Part shown: positions 46,834 to 57,139 of the stretch, in pieces | Numbering within the stretch: position 1 is the first letter of the stretch | Layout: every line of letters starts with the position of its first letter | Source of the DNA: Calditrichia bacterium | GTDB lineage: Bacteria; Calditrichota; Calditrichia; JAJRVZ01 | Direction: 5' to 3' | NCBI GenBank assembly: GCA_963796965.1 | Contig: CAWCNS010000008.1 | Coordinates: 192,001-256,000, forward strand | Length of the DNA: 64,000 nucleotides | Position numbers and translations under genes: made by a program | Notes under the pieces: model-generated | Told to the model about the DNA's origin: nothing | What the model saw: the letters and a program-made list of their open reading frames with translations, nothing else | Databases searched by the model: none

Positions 46834-48306
46834 ATGTTAAAGACAATCAATTCAAAATTTATCGTTTTTACGATAATTTTTATTATTCTCAGCGTCGGTA
46901 TTCCGACCATGTTTCTTTTATCTCAGTTTCAGGCAAATTTTCACCAACGCTCTATCGTTATGTTGCAATCTACGATTGACGTCGTAAACAGCTGTCTGCG
47001 TAATGCCATGCTCTTAGGACGGCAAAAGCACCTGCCCACCATTCTTGAAAATATTTCCAATAATGAAGGAGTAGACCATATCCGAATATTTGGCAAGGAT
47101 GGGAAAATTCATTTTTCAGCCAATTCAGCGGAAGTTGGCCGTAACATATATAAAATTGCTCCTGGCCATGTATCCGCTCAACTGACCGAGGATAGACAAA
47201 CTTTTATTAATGAAGTGGATCGCACCTATTCCGTAACCTCCGCGATTATCAATGAAAAAATTTGTAAGGATTGTCATACTGACGATGGAAATATCATCGC
47301 CTACGTAGATGTAGACACAGACCTGACCCAGGCAGAGGTCAACTTTGAAACCGGCTCGGTACATATGAGTTTTCTCGCTGCGGCAATCATTCTGATTCTT
47401 TTTATTGGCTTTTATTTGATTTTCAATCATTTTATTAACAAACCCCTGGGCCGCTTTAAAAAGGCGCTGGATGAAGTTGATAAGGGAAATCTAAATGTGC
47501 AATTGCCTGCAAAAAAGTCCGATGAAATAGGCGTTCTTGAGGGACATTTTAATACGATGGTCTCAAACCTTCAAACCTCAAATCAAAAGATTGACGAGAT
47601 GCATTTTGAGCAGCTGCAACGTGCTGACAAGTTGGTAACTTTAGGGGAATTAGCCGCCGAAATGGCCCATGAGATAAACAATCCGGCCGGTATTATTATG
47701 ACACGTGCGGATTATATCCAGATGGGGATAAGTGATAACCCGGATTTGAAAAAATATGATGAAGATCTGGATGTTGTGATTAATCAAGTCAATAAAATTT
47801 CCAAAATCACCGGTAGCATGCTTAAATACAGCAAAAAATTACCTAAAGAATTCGATGAGGTGAATCTGGAACTCATAACTGAGGAGAGTTTAACGGTTCT
47901 TGGACCGCGTCTGGCTAAGAACAATATTCAGGTAGAAAGGCATTTTAAGTCTGATCAACCTTTAATTCTGGCAGATCCGATTCAGATGGAACAAGTCTGT
48001 ACGAATTTAGTAAACAATGCCGTTGATGCCATGGAAAAAGATGGAAACCTAACCATTGGTATAGAGGATATTGATAGTAAACATATCCTATGGACCATTA
48101 AGGATAATGGTGTTGGCATGGGAGAGGATACACGGGAACAAATTTTTAATCCATTTTTTACAACCAAAGATGCCAATAAAGGTACAGGCCTGGGGCTCTA
48201 TATCGTAAAAAATATATGCAAAAACCATAATGCTGAGATTGAATGCATCAGCCAACCAAAAAATGGTACCATTTTTAATATTATTTTCCATAAGATTATA
48301 AAATAG
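46834..48306 (+). CDS. Sensor histidine kinase with HAMP and a periplasmic heme-c motif
   Basis: Two TM helices, CKDCH in the periplasmic loop, AHEINNP H-box, NLVNNA, GTGLGL. Confidence 0.92.
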   Translation: MLKTINSKFIVFTIIFIILSVGIPTMFLLSQFQANFHQRSIVMLQSTIDVVNSCLRNAMLLGRQKHLPTILENISNNEGVDHIRIFGKDGKIHFSANSAEVGRNIYKIAPGHVSAQLTEDRQTFINEVDRTYSVTSAIINEKICKDCHTDDGNIIAYVDVDTDLTQAEVNFETGSVHMSFLAAAIILILFIGFYLIFNHFINKPLGRFKKALDEVDKGNLNVQLPAKKSDEIGVLEGHFNTMVSNLQTSNQKIDEMHFEQLQRADKLVTLGELAAEMAHEINNPAGIIMTRADYIQMGISDNPDLKKYDEDLDVVINQVNKISKITGSMLKYSKKLPKEFDEVNLELITEESLTVLGPRLAKNNIQVERHFKSDQPLILADPIQMEQVCTNLVNNAVDAMEKDGNLTIGIEDIDSKHILWTIKDNGVGMGEDTREQIFNPFFTTKDANKGTGLGLYIVKNICKNHNAEIECISQPKNGTIFNIIFHKIIK

Positions 48307-49665
48307 ATGAAACGAATATTCGTAATAGATGATGAAGCAGAAATGCTGCAAAGTCTAAAAAAAATACTATCGCAGCGCAATGATCTTTCAGTGGAGACAT
48401 CTCAGGATCCTGACACCGCTCTTAATACCATTTCCAATTCTGATTTTGATATTATATTAACAGATTTGAAAATGGGAAAAATATCCGGAATGGATATCCT
48501 CAAAGCAGCACGCAAAAGAGATACAAACGCAAAAGTTGTGGTAATTTCCGGCTATGGTACCATTGAAGCCAGTGTCGCGGCCATACAGGAAGGTGCTTTC
48601 GATTTTATTGAGAAACCGTTTACATCAAAAAAATTATTTTCCTGTATTGACAAGGCTTTGGCAGATAGCGCATCAGAAAAGTCGAAGGAAAATAACAATC
48701 AACTCATACCCGGATTTATCTCCCAAAACAATCGAATTGCTGAGATTATTTCCATGGTATATAAGATTGCCCCCGGAGAAATGAGTGTTCTTTTAACCGG
48801 TGAGAGTGGAACCGGGAAAGAGCTTATCGCCCGGGCAATACACAATCAGAGCAAGCGCTCTTTAAATCCTTTCGTTCCGGTTAATTGTGGGGCTTTACCC
48901 GAAAATCTATTTGAGAGTGAACTCTTTGGGCATGAGAGGGGCGCTTTTACAGGTGCCGTAAAAACCAAACCCGGGTTGCTCGAATTTGCCAATCAGGGAA
49001 CTTTCTTTTTTGATGAAATTGGTGATCTAAGTTTAACTCTCCAGGTCAAACTATTACGCATGTTGGAAGACCGCCAAATTAGACGCGTAGGCGGCCAAAA
49101 AGAAATTGATATAGATGTGCGTATTATTGCCGCCACCAACAAAGATATCACCACCCATGTCAGAGAAGGTAGTTTTCGGGAGGATCTGTTCTATCGTCTG
49201 AATACCATCCAGATTGAACTCCCGCCACTACGAGATCGCACCGATGATATTTTGCCGCTGGCACAGCATTTTTTAAATGAACTGTCACAAAAAAATGATA
49301 AAGTCATATCGAGGATTTCCAGCGACGCAGAAGAATCCCTCAAAGGTTACTCCTGGCCCGGAAATGTACGGGAATTGCAAAATATGATATCCAGAGCTTA
49401 TTTTTTATGCACTTCTCCTATAATCGAAAAGACGGACCTGCCCCTCCCTGCATCTATCCAGGCATTTACCCTTGAAAGGCAAATGCTCGATTTATCCTAT
49501 AAAGATGCCAAAGATTATGTACTAGAAAAGTTTGAAACGGAATATCTCTCCTACCAGCTAAAAAAGCACGAGGGCAATATATCTAAGGCTGCAGCAGAAT
49601 GCGGCATCGATCGTCGCTCCATTCACAGGTTACTCACTAAATACAACATCATGTACAAAGACTGA
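48307..49665 (+). CDS. Sigma-54-dependent response regulator (NtrC family)
   Basis: Receiver, GESGTGKE, GAFTGA, WPGNVREL, Fis HTH. Confidence 0.95.
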   Translation: MKRIFVIDDEAEMLQSLKKILSQRNDLSVETSQDPDTALNTISNSDFDIILTDLKMGKISGMDILKAARKRDTNAKVVVISGYGTIEASVAAIQEGAFDFIEKPFTSKKLFSCIDKALADSASEKSKENNNQLIPGFISQNNRIAEIISMVYKIAPGEMSVLLTGESGTGKELIARAIHNQSKRSLNPFVPVNCGALPENLFESELFGHERGAFTGAVKTKPGLLEFANQGTFFFDEIGDLSLTLQVKLLRMLEDRQIRRVGGQKEIDIDVRIIAATNKDITTHVREGSFREDLFYRLNTIQIELPPLRDRTDDILPLAQHFLNELSQKNDKVISRISSDAEESLKGYSWPGNVRELQNMISRAYFLCTSPIIEKTDLPLPASIQAFTLERQMLDLSYKDAKDYVLEKFETEYLSYQLKKHEGNISKAAAECGIDRRSIHRLLTKYNIMYKD

Positions 49666-49797
49666 TTAATTGTCAATTGACAATTACAAATTTCTAATTA
49701 CAGATTATAGATTATAGATTACTAACTTTCAATTCCTCCTCCCTAATTCCTATCTCCAAAAAAGAAATCTTATTTTATAATTGCTTTATATGTTTTC

Positions 49798-49812
49798 TGG
49801 CATGAAAATTGT
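49798..49812 (+). promoter_or_regulatory. Sigma-54 promoter for the ImcH-like gene
   Basis: TGGCAT-GAAAA-TTGT about 60 bp upstream of the ATG. Confidence 0.6.
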
Positions 49813-49870
49813 CTATATTTTCTCATTAAACCAACCCAATTCGAATTCAAATATAGACAAAGGATAAATT

Positions 49871-51379
49871 ATGAAACTTAAACTGCCCCCATCATCCAAG
49901 AACTGGCTCTCATTGGCAGGTGCCATGATTGCATTAATCAGTTTTTTTATGATCGTATTTTTATTTGTTGTTACCTGGCTCTTCGATGAGGGCGGCTCCT
50001 ATCTGGGTCTGGTCATATATATTCTTCTACCGTCTATTATGGTGATGGGATTAATTCTCATTCCCATTGGGATGTTCAGGGAGATTCGTAAACGAAAAAG
50101 GGGTGAAGCAGAAGATGAAAAAGAATGGCCCAGAATTGATCTCAATGATGTTCGGCATCGCAATGCGTCACTTATCTTTCTGGTTGGAACGACCATATTT
50201 CTTTTCATTTCGGCAATCGGCAGCTATGAAGCCTTTCACTATACAGAATCTGTTGAATTTTGCGGAACCACCTGCCACAAGGTGATGGAGCCAGAACACA
50301 CGGCCTACATGAGTTCACCCCATGCCCGGGTTGCCTGTGTGCAATGTCACGTTGGGTCCGGCGCTGATTGGTATATGCGCTCAAAACTTTCCGGCCTATA
50401 TCAGGTATATTCTGTTATTGTCGGTGCCTATTCCCAGCCAATTCACACACCGATTAAAAATCTTCGGCCGGCACGTGAAACCTGTGAGAAATGTCACTGG
50501 CCGGAAAAGTTTTATGCTCAAAAATTACGTTCAGAACGTCATTATTTGAATGATGAAGAAAATACCCAATGGGACATTCATCTTATCATGAAGATTGGCG
50601 CCCAATATTCGGCAATGGGTTTGCAGGAAGGGATCCATTGGCATATTAATCCTGATGTAAAGATTGAGTACGTGGCAACTGATGAGAAAAATCTTGAAAT
50701 TCCCTGGGTACGCTATACAAATCTTAAGAGTGGTGAAACCATCGAATATATGGATGAAGAAAATCCGATTGAGGAAGAAAAGCTGGCTAACGCCCAGGTT
50801 AGCCGAATGGATTGCATGGATTGCCATAATCGGCCCTCACATAGTTACCGACCTCCGGCAATTTTTGTCAATGATGCCATCACAGCCGGTGAAATTCCTT
50901 CAACGTTACCGGAAATAAAATCCTTAGCCATGGAAATTTGTTCAGAGGAGTTCCCATCTGCCGACAGTGCAAAAAAATATATCCATGATACCATTTATGG
51001 TTTTTATAAAGAAAATTACGAAGAAATTTATCAGGATAACCGGGATCTCATTGATAAAGCGGTCACAGGCTTGATTGGTGCTTATTCCGAAAACATCTTT
51101 CCTTATATGAAAGTAAAATGGGATGCCTATCCCAACCATATTGGTCATCTTGAATTTGATGGCTGTTTTCGCTGTCATAATGATCGCCATACCAGTGAGG
51201 ACGGCAAAGTGATATCACGTGATTGCGATGCCTGTCACAGTATCATCGCTCAAGGGACGCTTGATGATAAAATGCTTGCCAATCTTGGCGAATCATTGGA
51301 GTTTGTGCATCCTGCTGATGTGGGGGAGGATTGGAAAGAAATGATGTGTACAGATTGTCATACAGGGCTGAATCCTTAA
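49871..51379 (+). CDS. NapC/NirT-family inner-membrane heptaheme cytochrome, ImcH-like
   Basis: 3 TM helices, TESVEFCGTTCH..M, SPHARVACVQCH, RPARETCEKCH, IHWH, CMDCHNRPSH; 7 heme motifs. Confidence 0.85.
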   Translation: MKLKLPPSSKNWLSLAGAMIALISFFMIVFLFVVTWLFDEGGSYLGLVIYILLPSIMVMGLILIPIGMFREIRKRKRGEAEDEKEWPRIDLNDVRHRNASLIFLVGTTIFLFISAIGSYEAFHYTESVEFCGTTCHKVMEPEHTAYMSSPHARVACVQCHVGSGADWYMRSKLSGLYQVYSVIVGAYSQPIHTPIKNLRPARETCEKCHWPEKFYAQKLRSERHYLNDEENTQWDIHLIMKIGAQYSAMGLQEGIHWHINPDVKIEYVATDEKNLEIPWVRYTNLKSGETIEYMDEENPIEEEKLANAQVSRMDCMDCHNRPSHSYRPPAIFVNDAITAGEIPSTLPEIKSLAMEICSEEFPSADSAKKYIHDTIYGFYKENYEEIYQDNRDLIDKAVTGLIGAYSENIFPYMKVKWDAYPNHIGHLEFDGCFRCHNDRHTSEDGKVISRDCDACHSIIAQGTLDDKMLANLGESLEFVHPADVGEDWKEMMCTDCHTGLNP

Positions 51380-51591
51380 AAATTTAGCCACAGAGGGCTC
51401 AGAGAGAAAAATTCCAATTAAAAATTTAGAATGTAGAATTAAGAATTCAAATATTTAATTCGTAATTTTAAACTCTTAATTAGTAATATCTTCGTTCTTT
51501 GATCCTCCTTTGGCAATTTGTGGTTAAATAAAATCGTTCAGCCAACTAAGATCAATACGAGCCATAATCCTTTGCGTAACGGCGCGATTAA

Positions 51592-53313
51592 GAGGCTGTG
51601 TAGAAACACAGCCTCAATACTTTATTTTTAAGTAAATTTTCAGATTTTTAGTTGTTCTTTGACAATATTATTCCAAAAATGCCCGATTTAGGCAATGAAA
51701 AACAAAATGACTTAGATATCAAGCCATTTTCCAGTCATATCTCTGAATCATATCCATAATATCCTGATATGATTCAATAGATAATAATCGCCTAAAATTA
51801 TAAACGGTCGTGAAGATATTTATTTCAGTTGTCACTTTTTTCTTACCTCGGAGAAGCAATGGAATTTTTCCCATCCAATATTTAATCGTACCAAAGGGAT
51901 GCTCAACCATTTGCTTGCGAAGATGGATCATTTTCTTAGCGGTGATGCCTGACATACGACGACGATAAGTATCACGCCAACTCTGATTATGATAACGTTG
52001 GATAAGACGTCCATATTTAGAAGTTGTACATTGGGTTCTCGAGATGCATCGGTCACATTCAATACCTTGATAGACATCGTATCGTTGACCGTTATCAACT
52101 TTGTTTTTCTGTTTCCTTATTAATCGTTTACCTTCTGAGCAACGGTATTCATCTTGTTCTTCATCATAGTTAAAAGTGATAGGGCGATCATCATATCTGT
52201 GTTTTGGCCTTGGAACATAACAGGTCGTTTGATTTGTATTTTCGACGTTTTCTATCTGAGTCAGGTTATAGTATCCGCTATCGGTAACGGCAGCCTCAGG
52301 TATTAAATCTGTTTCCTGTTCTAATTCTTTGAGCATCGGTTCTATAAGATTGGTATCGTTTGAGGCATCAAAAACGTGGCTGTGGGCGATCATGTGATGG
52401 GCCTGATCAACAGCAATCTGGGTATTATAGGCTGGAATCATTCCATCGCGACTGCGCATTAAGTTAGCCTGTGGATCACTCTGGCTAATAGAGGTTCGTG
52501 ATTGTGATAGTAAAATATCTTTTTGTTTTTGCAGATTTTCTACCTGTTTCTGAAGTTTGGAGATTTTATCAAGCAAGACCTGATTCGTACTACCGGGATC
52601 CTTGAAGTCATCATCGGAAGAAGATTCGTCAATTTCTTCTAAAAGATCTTCCCGGCGATCATTTATCAATAACTGTTCTAAATATTGATCAAGTTTTTTG
52701 TCCAAGTGGTCTAAACGATGTTCAATTTTCTTGATGGTTAGCATATCTTTGTTGGTATTGGCTTTCACTTTGCTGCCATCAATAGCAATCAATTTTCCCT
52801 GGATGTAACCCTTGTCTCTAAGAAAGTGGCGAAACTTTTTAGTAACATATTTAATTGCAGCAGCATTATCTTTGCGGTAGTCAGCAATACTTTTATGATC
52901 GGGTTTAAGGTTGCCTATAAGCCAAATAACTTCGATATTACGATGACATTCGCGTTCTAATTTGCGACTGGTTTTGATGCTATTTAAATAACCATAAAGA
53001 AAAAGTTTTAACATCGTTACAGGGTTATAGGCGCGACGTCCGGAGTTCTTTTGCCCCTTATAGGCAAATTCTTCCGGGTTAGCTGACACAATAGCATCAA
53101 TAAGAGCATCGATCAATCGAACGTAATGGTCATAGGGAACCAAGTCATCGAGCGATTGCATGAAAGTAACCTGGTTACGATCATCTGGAAAAATATAATG
53201 CATAGATATAGTCCGGTTAATTTTAAATAATTAACCTAATTTAATAAATAACAATATATTATGTTAGATTTCTTTAAAAATTTGAGGTTGTGTGGTTGTT
53301 TTCACACAACCTC
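51592..53313 (-). mobile_element. IS1182-family insertion sequence (1722 bp) with TTAA target duplication
   Basis: Terminal IRs gaggctgtgtagaaa and ttttcacacaacctc; TTAA at 51588-51591 and 53314-53317. Confidence 0.9.
51719..53203 (-). CDS. IS1182-family DDE transposase
   Basis: GRRAYNP..MLKL..YGY, SRKLE, PDHKSI..YR, AIDGSK, AYN.Q, DSGY, RKQMVEHPFG.IK. Confidence 0.92.
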   Translation of the reverse strand: MHYIFPDDRNQVTFMQSLDDLVPYDHYVRLIDALIDAIVSANPEEFAYKGQKNSGRRAYNPVTMLKLFLYGYLNSIKTSRKLERECHRNIEVIWLIGNLKPDHKSIADYRKDNAAAIKYVTKKFRHFLRDKGYIQGKLIAIDGSKVKANTNKDMLTIKKIEHRLDHLDKKLDQYLEQLLINDRREDLLEEIDESSSDDDFKDPGSTNQVLLDKISKLQKQVENLQKQKDILLSQSRTSISQSDPQANLMRSRDGMIPAYNTQIAVDQAHHMIAHSHVFDASNDTNLIEPMLKELEQETDLIPEAAVTDSGYYNLTQIENVENTNQTTCYVPRPKHRYDDRPITFNYDEEQDEYRCSEGKRLIRKQKNKVDNGQRYDVYQGIECDRCISRTQCTTSKYGRLIQRYHNQSWRDTYRRRMSGITAKKMIHLRKQMVEHPFGTIKYWMGKIPLLLRGKKKVTTEINIFTTVYNFRRLLSIESYQDIMDMIQRYDWKMA

Positions 53314-53550
53314 TTAATCGCGCCGCTACCTTAAAAATAGGCAGACATCATTCAGGAGAAATCTTCCTGCATGTCAAGTCATGTTACCACGTTGGAAGAT
53401 CCTTTCAGGATGACAAATAAATAAAATTACTAATTACAAGTTACAAATTACAAATGGAACTGGTTGCGGATAAAACTTCCTTTTGCAATTCTTATAGGAT
53501 TTCAATTTAGCAGTCGGTATCATTGCCGTTACATTATAAATAGGCAGACA

Positions 53551-54072
53551 TCATTCCACCTCTAACAATTCCATACAAGCCTTGCAATATCTCTCCCCTT
53601 TCACATCCAAATCATCTGCCGTATTGGAGCTGGCCATCACACATTGATAATTGGGACAATGGCGTAGATTTAAGAGATGTCCCAGTTCATGGATAATCTC
53701 TTTAACCAGACGCTGTTTAAGCAATTCATCATCAGGGGGAAGGCCATAATAATCACTCCTCAGGCGATGGGCTGAAACAATTCCGGTACGTCCATTAAGT
53801 TTGGCTAATCCAAAGATAAATGTAAATATGGGAATATAAAGATCTACTCCCGTAAGAAGTATTGTCCTACCATTATTATTGTGGGTTTCAAATTTGTTAA
53901 TGATACCTGCAGCATCATATTGGCTTCTATCGGAGCTAAAAAAAGGTTGTATATCTGGATCAACCTTACTCATATGAACCTCTAAATCGAGGTAATCTCT
54001 GAGTGCTTGAGTAATATGAGGAATCAGAACGCATTCTTCCAAATGAAAGCAGACCAGATTGAGTTCAGACAT
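53551..54072 (-). CDS. Archaemetzincin-family Zn metalloprotease
   Basis: HELGHLLNLRHC...CVM..S; VDLY.P...FIFG. Confidence 0.88.
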   Translation of the reverse strand: MSELNLVCFHLEECVLIPHITQALRDYLDLEVHMSKVDPDIQPFFSSDRSQYDAAGIINKFETHNNNGRTILLTGVDLYIPIFTFIFGLAKLNGRTGIVSAHRLRSDYYGLPPDDELLKQRLVKEIIHELGHLLNLRHCPNYQCVMASSNTADDLDVKGERYCKACMELLEVE

Positions 54073-55423
54073 TTGTCGGACGTTTTATACCATATTTCTG
54101 CATTTTTTTATAGACGGTAACTCTGTCAATTCCCAGTACTTTTGATGACTTTGAAATATTCCAGTAGTTTTTTTCTAATACCCGTAATATATGTTGTTTT
54201 TCGACATTATCTATGGACAGGTTGCTGTGATAATCTACTTTCACCTCTCCATAATTTAGATTGAAATCATCGGCTAACAGCGATTTACTTTGTGTTACCA
54301 CCATAGCCCTCTCGATGGCGTTCTCCAATTCCCTTACATTACCCGGCCAGGAATAATTCATAAGCATTTCTAATGCAAGCGGTTCGACTCCGTCTACGGT
54401 TTTATTCATGCGGTTTCGGTATTTTTCAACAAAGTATTGAACAAGCTCCGGAATATCTTCCGAACGTTCACGGAGAGGGGCAATAGGTATGGTATAAACC
54501 TGCAACCTGTAATAAAGATCTTCCCGGAACCCACCCTGTTTAACCGATTCTTCAAGGTCTGTGTTCGTGGCACAGATGATTCTAAAATCGCTTTTAATCA
54601 CCTGATTCCCACCCAGACGTGTAAATTCTCTTGATTCTATTGATCTTAAAAGATCAATCTGTGTTTTTGGACTGATTGTTCCGATTTCATCCAGAAAAAG
54701 TGTGCCTCCATCGGCTATCTCAAGTTTTCCTTTTCTTCTGTATAGGGCACCGGTGAATGCCCCCTTCTCATGACCAAACAACTCGCTTTCTAACAGGGTT
54801 TCGGATAATGCCCCACAGTTAACCGACACCAGAGGGAAAAAGCGGCGATCGCTCGATATGTGAATAGCCTGAGCAACAAGCTCCTTACCCGTACCACTCT
54901 CCCCTCTGATCATAACAGTTGTTGACGTTTTCGCAACCGTTGCAATCAGACTTTTTATTTCTTCTATCTGTTTGCTGGTACCAATAATATCCGGTGCTTC
55001 TGTTAACGCTTCAAGTTGCCCCTTTAAACCAAGGTTTTCTTTGGTCAGGCGTCTCTGTTTAGCCGCGTTTCGTAATAAACGGCTCAAATTATCCGGATCA
55101 AATGGTTTGGTAATATAATCAAATGCACCATCTTTCAATGCTTGTATAGCCGTATCAACGGCTGCAAAAGCCGTTATCATAATCACCACCGCATCCTTGT
55201 CAATTTCACGAATGCGCCGGTGCAATTCCATGCCATCCATACCAGGCATTTTTATATCAAGAAGATAAATATCCCAGCGTGTTTCGTTTAACTTATTTAA
55301 CGCCGTTACAGCATCCTCTGCTGTATTAACAAAGTAGCCATCTTCCTTAAACCATTCAGAGAGAGATTCGCGCACGATCTCTTCATCATCAACAATTAAT
55401 ATCTTTAATGCGTCATCATTCAT
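54065..55423 (-). CDS. Sigma-54-dependent response regulator (NtrC/AtoC family)
   Basis: Receiver, GESGTGKE, GAFTGA, WPGNVRELEN, HTH. Confidence 0.95.
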   Translation of the reverse strand: MNDDALKILIVDDEEIVRESLSEWFKEDGYFVNTAEDAVTALNKLNETRWDIYLLDIKMPGMDGMELHRRIREIDKDAVVIMITAFAAVDTAIQALKDGAFDYITKPFDPDNLSRLLRNAAKQRRLTKENLGLKGQLEALTEAPDIIGTSKQIEEIKSLIATVAKTSTTVMIRGESGTGKELVAQAIHISSDRRFFPLVSVNCGALSETLLESELFGHEKGAFTGALYRRKGKLEIADGGTLFLDEIGTISPKTQIDLLRSIESREFTRLGGNQVIKSDFRIICATNTDLEESVKQGGFREDLYYRLQVYTIPIAPLRERSEDIPELVQYFVEKYRNRMNKTVDGVEPLALEMLMNYSWPGNVRELENAIERAMVVTQSKSLLADDFNLNYGEVKVDYHSNLSIDNVEKQHILRVLEKNYWNISKSSKVLGIDRVTVYKKMQKYGIKRPTNV

Positions 55424-57026
55424 TCTTTGGATTTCCTGTTTTATTTAGGAAAATTTTTATTTCAAAAGTTGTTCCAACATCAACCTGCGATTCAACTGTA
55501 ATTTCTCCCCCATGTCTCTCAATAATCGCATATACGGATGCCAGACCCAGTCCAACCCCTTTGACTGCGTTCTTTGTTGTAAAAAAAGGTTCAAATATTT
55601 GTGATTTCACCGAGTTTGGAATCCCTCTTCCGGTATCTGCCACAAACACAGAGACAAATTTACCCGATCTGTTCCATAGGGTTCTAACCGTCATGGTTCC
55701 CTCATTCTCCATAGCTTCAACAGCATTGACATATAAAGCGAGCAGGGCCTGTTTAATTTGGTTTTCATCCACATACACTTCCGGCAGATTCTTTTGAAAA
55801 TTTGTTTCAAGCTGAATATTATTCAGCTTGAGATGGTGGTCTATAAGATCCAACGAGGAATTAATAAGAATATCCAGTGGTTGCAGTTTAACATGGATGT
55901 CATCCTGACGGGAAAAGAGAAGCATATTCTTGACAATATCGCCACTGCGTGCACTCTCCTTCTCAATCATTTTTAAATGTTTTATTATGGATGCCTTTTC
56001 TTCTTCAGACAGCCTCTCTTTATTAATCTTTTTCTGTATCAACTTACTGTATGTAAGAATTCCGGCCATGGGATTGTTCAATTCGTGTGCAACCGTTGCC
56101 GATAGTTGTCCCAAAGATGCCATTTTTTCAATTTGCAGGTTTCTTGTCTGGGTTTGTTCCAGCTCTTCTGTTTTATCCTTAACTCTTTTTTCAAGCTGGT
56201 TGGACCAGGTAGTGATTTCTTCCTTTGCTGCTCGAAGATCATTTGTCATTTCATTGAATGACCGGGCAAGAATCCCCATTTCATCCTTGCTGACATCCTC
56301 AATATTGTATGAAAGATTACCCGATGAAACTTCTCTTGTCCCCTGAATTAATCTGTTTACAGGTAAATGTACACCTATCCATAAAAATAAACCGGCAATG
56401 AGGCCGAGTATTATCGTTATGGCAATATTGGTTGAAATCATTCTGGAACGGTTTTCCTCGACAAGTATATCCATTTTTTCTAGGGACATGACAACACAGA
56501 GAACACCAAGATATTTCTCCTCAGCATTGTGAACATGACAAGCTGAAGTCGTACACCCCACTTCATTTTGCACCGGACTTAAATAGCCTAGTGATCGGAA
56601 GCCATTTTTAGATATAAAAATTTGATGCCAATTATTGCTCGGTTCCGGTTTTATTTCACCCGTCGGACGATGACAGGGGGCACAAGCTTTGTTTGTGAGT
56701 GGGACTGAGCCGCCAATTTCCTGCCCGATAGTCGAGAAAATGATCTCACCTTCTTTAGAATAGAGACAGATCTTTTCAATACCTTCTTGCATAGCAACAG
56801 AGTTCATGATATCATATGCGTTATCTTTTTGATTCAAAAGCATAGCATTTTTTGTGGAGCGAATTATGATCTCGCTGGTTCTTTGAGCACATTGTCGTGC
56901 CACTTCTTCATATTGAGCCGTTTCTAATTCTACAAAATAAAACGAATATCCTATGGTCAATATTGTCAGGAAGAAAACGATAAGGAGAAAAAGACGAAAA
57001 CTGAGAAGGTTATAAAAACGCATCAT
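55416..57026 (-). CDS. Sensor histidine kinase with HAMP and periplasmic heme motifs
   Basis: CAPCH and CTTSACH in the periplasmic domain; AHELNNP; GVGLGL. Confidence 0.92.
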   Translation of the reverse strand: MMRFYNLLSFRLFLLIVFFLTILTIGYSFYFVELETAQYEEVARQCAQRTSEIIIRSTKNAMLLNQKDNAYDIMNSVAMQEGIEKICLYSKEGEIIFSTIGQEIGGSVPLTNKACAPCHRPTGEIKPEPSNNWHQIFISKNGFRSLGYLSPVQNEVGCTTSACHVHNAEEKYLGVLCVVMSLEKMDILVEENRSRMISTNIAITIILGLIAGLFLWIGVHLPVNRLIQGTREVSSGNLSYNIEDVSKDEMGILARSFNEMTNDLRAAKEEITTWSNQLEKRVKDKTEELEQTQTRNLQIEKMASLGQLSATVAHELNNPMAGILTYSKLIQKKINKERLSEEEKASIIKHLKMIEKESARSGDIVKNMLLFSRQDDIHVKLQPLDILINSSLDLIDHHLKLNNIQLETNFQKNLPEVYVDENQIKQALLALYVNAVEAMENEGTMTVRTLWNRSGKFVSVFVADTGRGIPNSVKSQIFEPFFTTKNAVKGVGLGLASVYAIIERHGGEITVESQVDVGTTFEIKIFLNKTGNPKNE

Positions 57027-57092
57027 TGATCCGGGTTTGTGGTTTGAGAATAAGATAACAAAATAATTTTGGAATAAAAAGATGTAAAATAA

Positions 57093-57119
57093 GTAGAGAC
57101 GCGATTAACGCGTCTCTAT
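57093..57119. repeat. GTAG-type REP-like palindrome
   Basis: gtagagacgcgattaacgcgtctctat. Confidence 0.75.
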
Positions 57120-57139
57120 GTGTTGCAGATTCTAATTTT

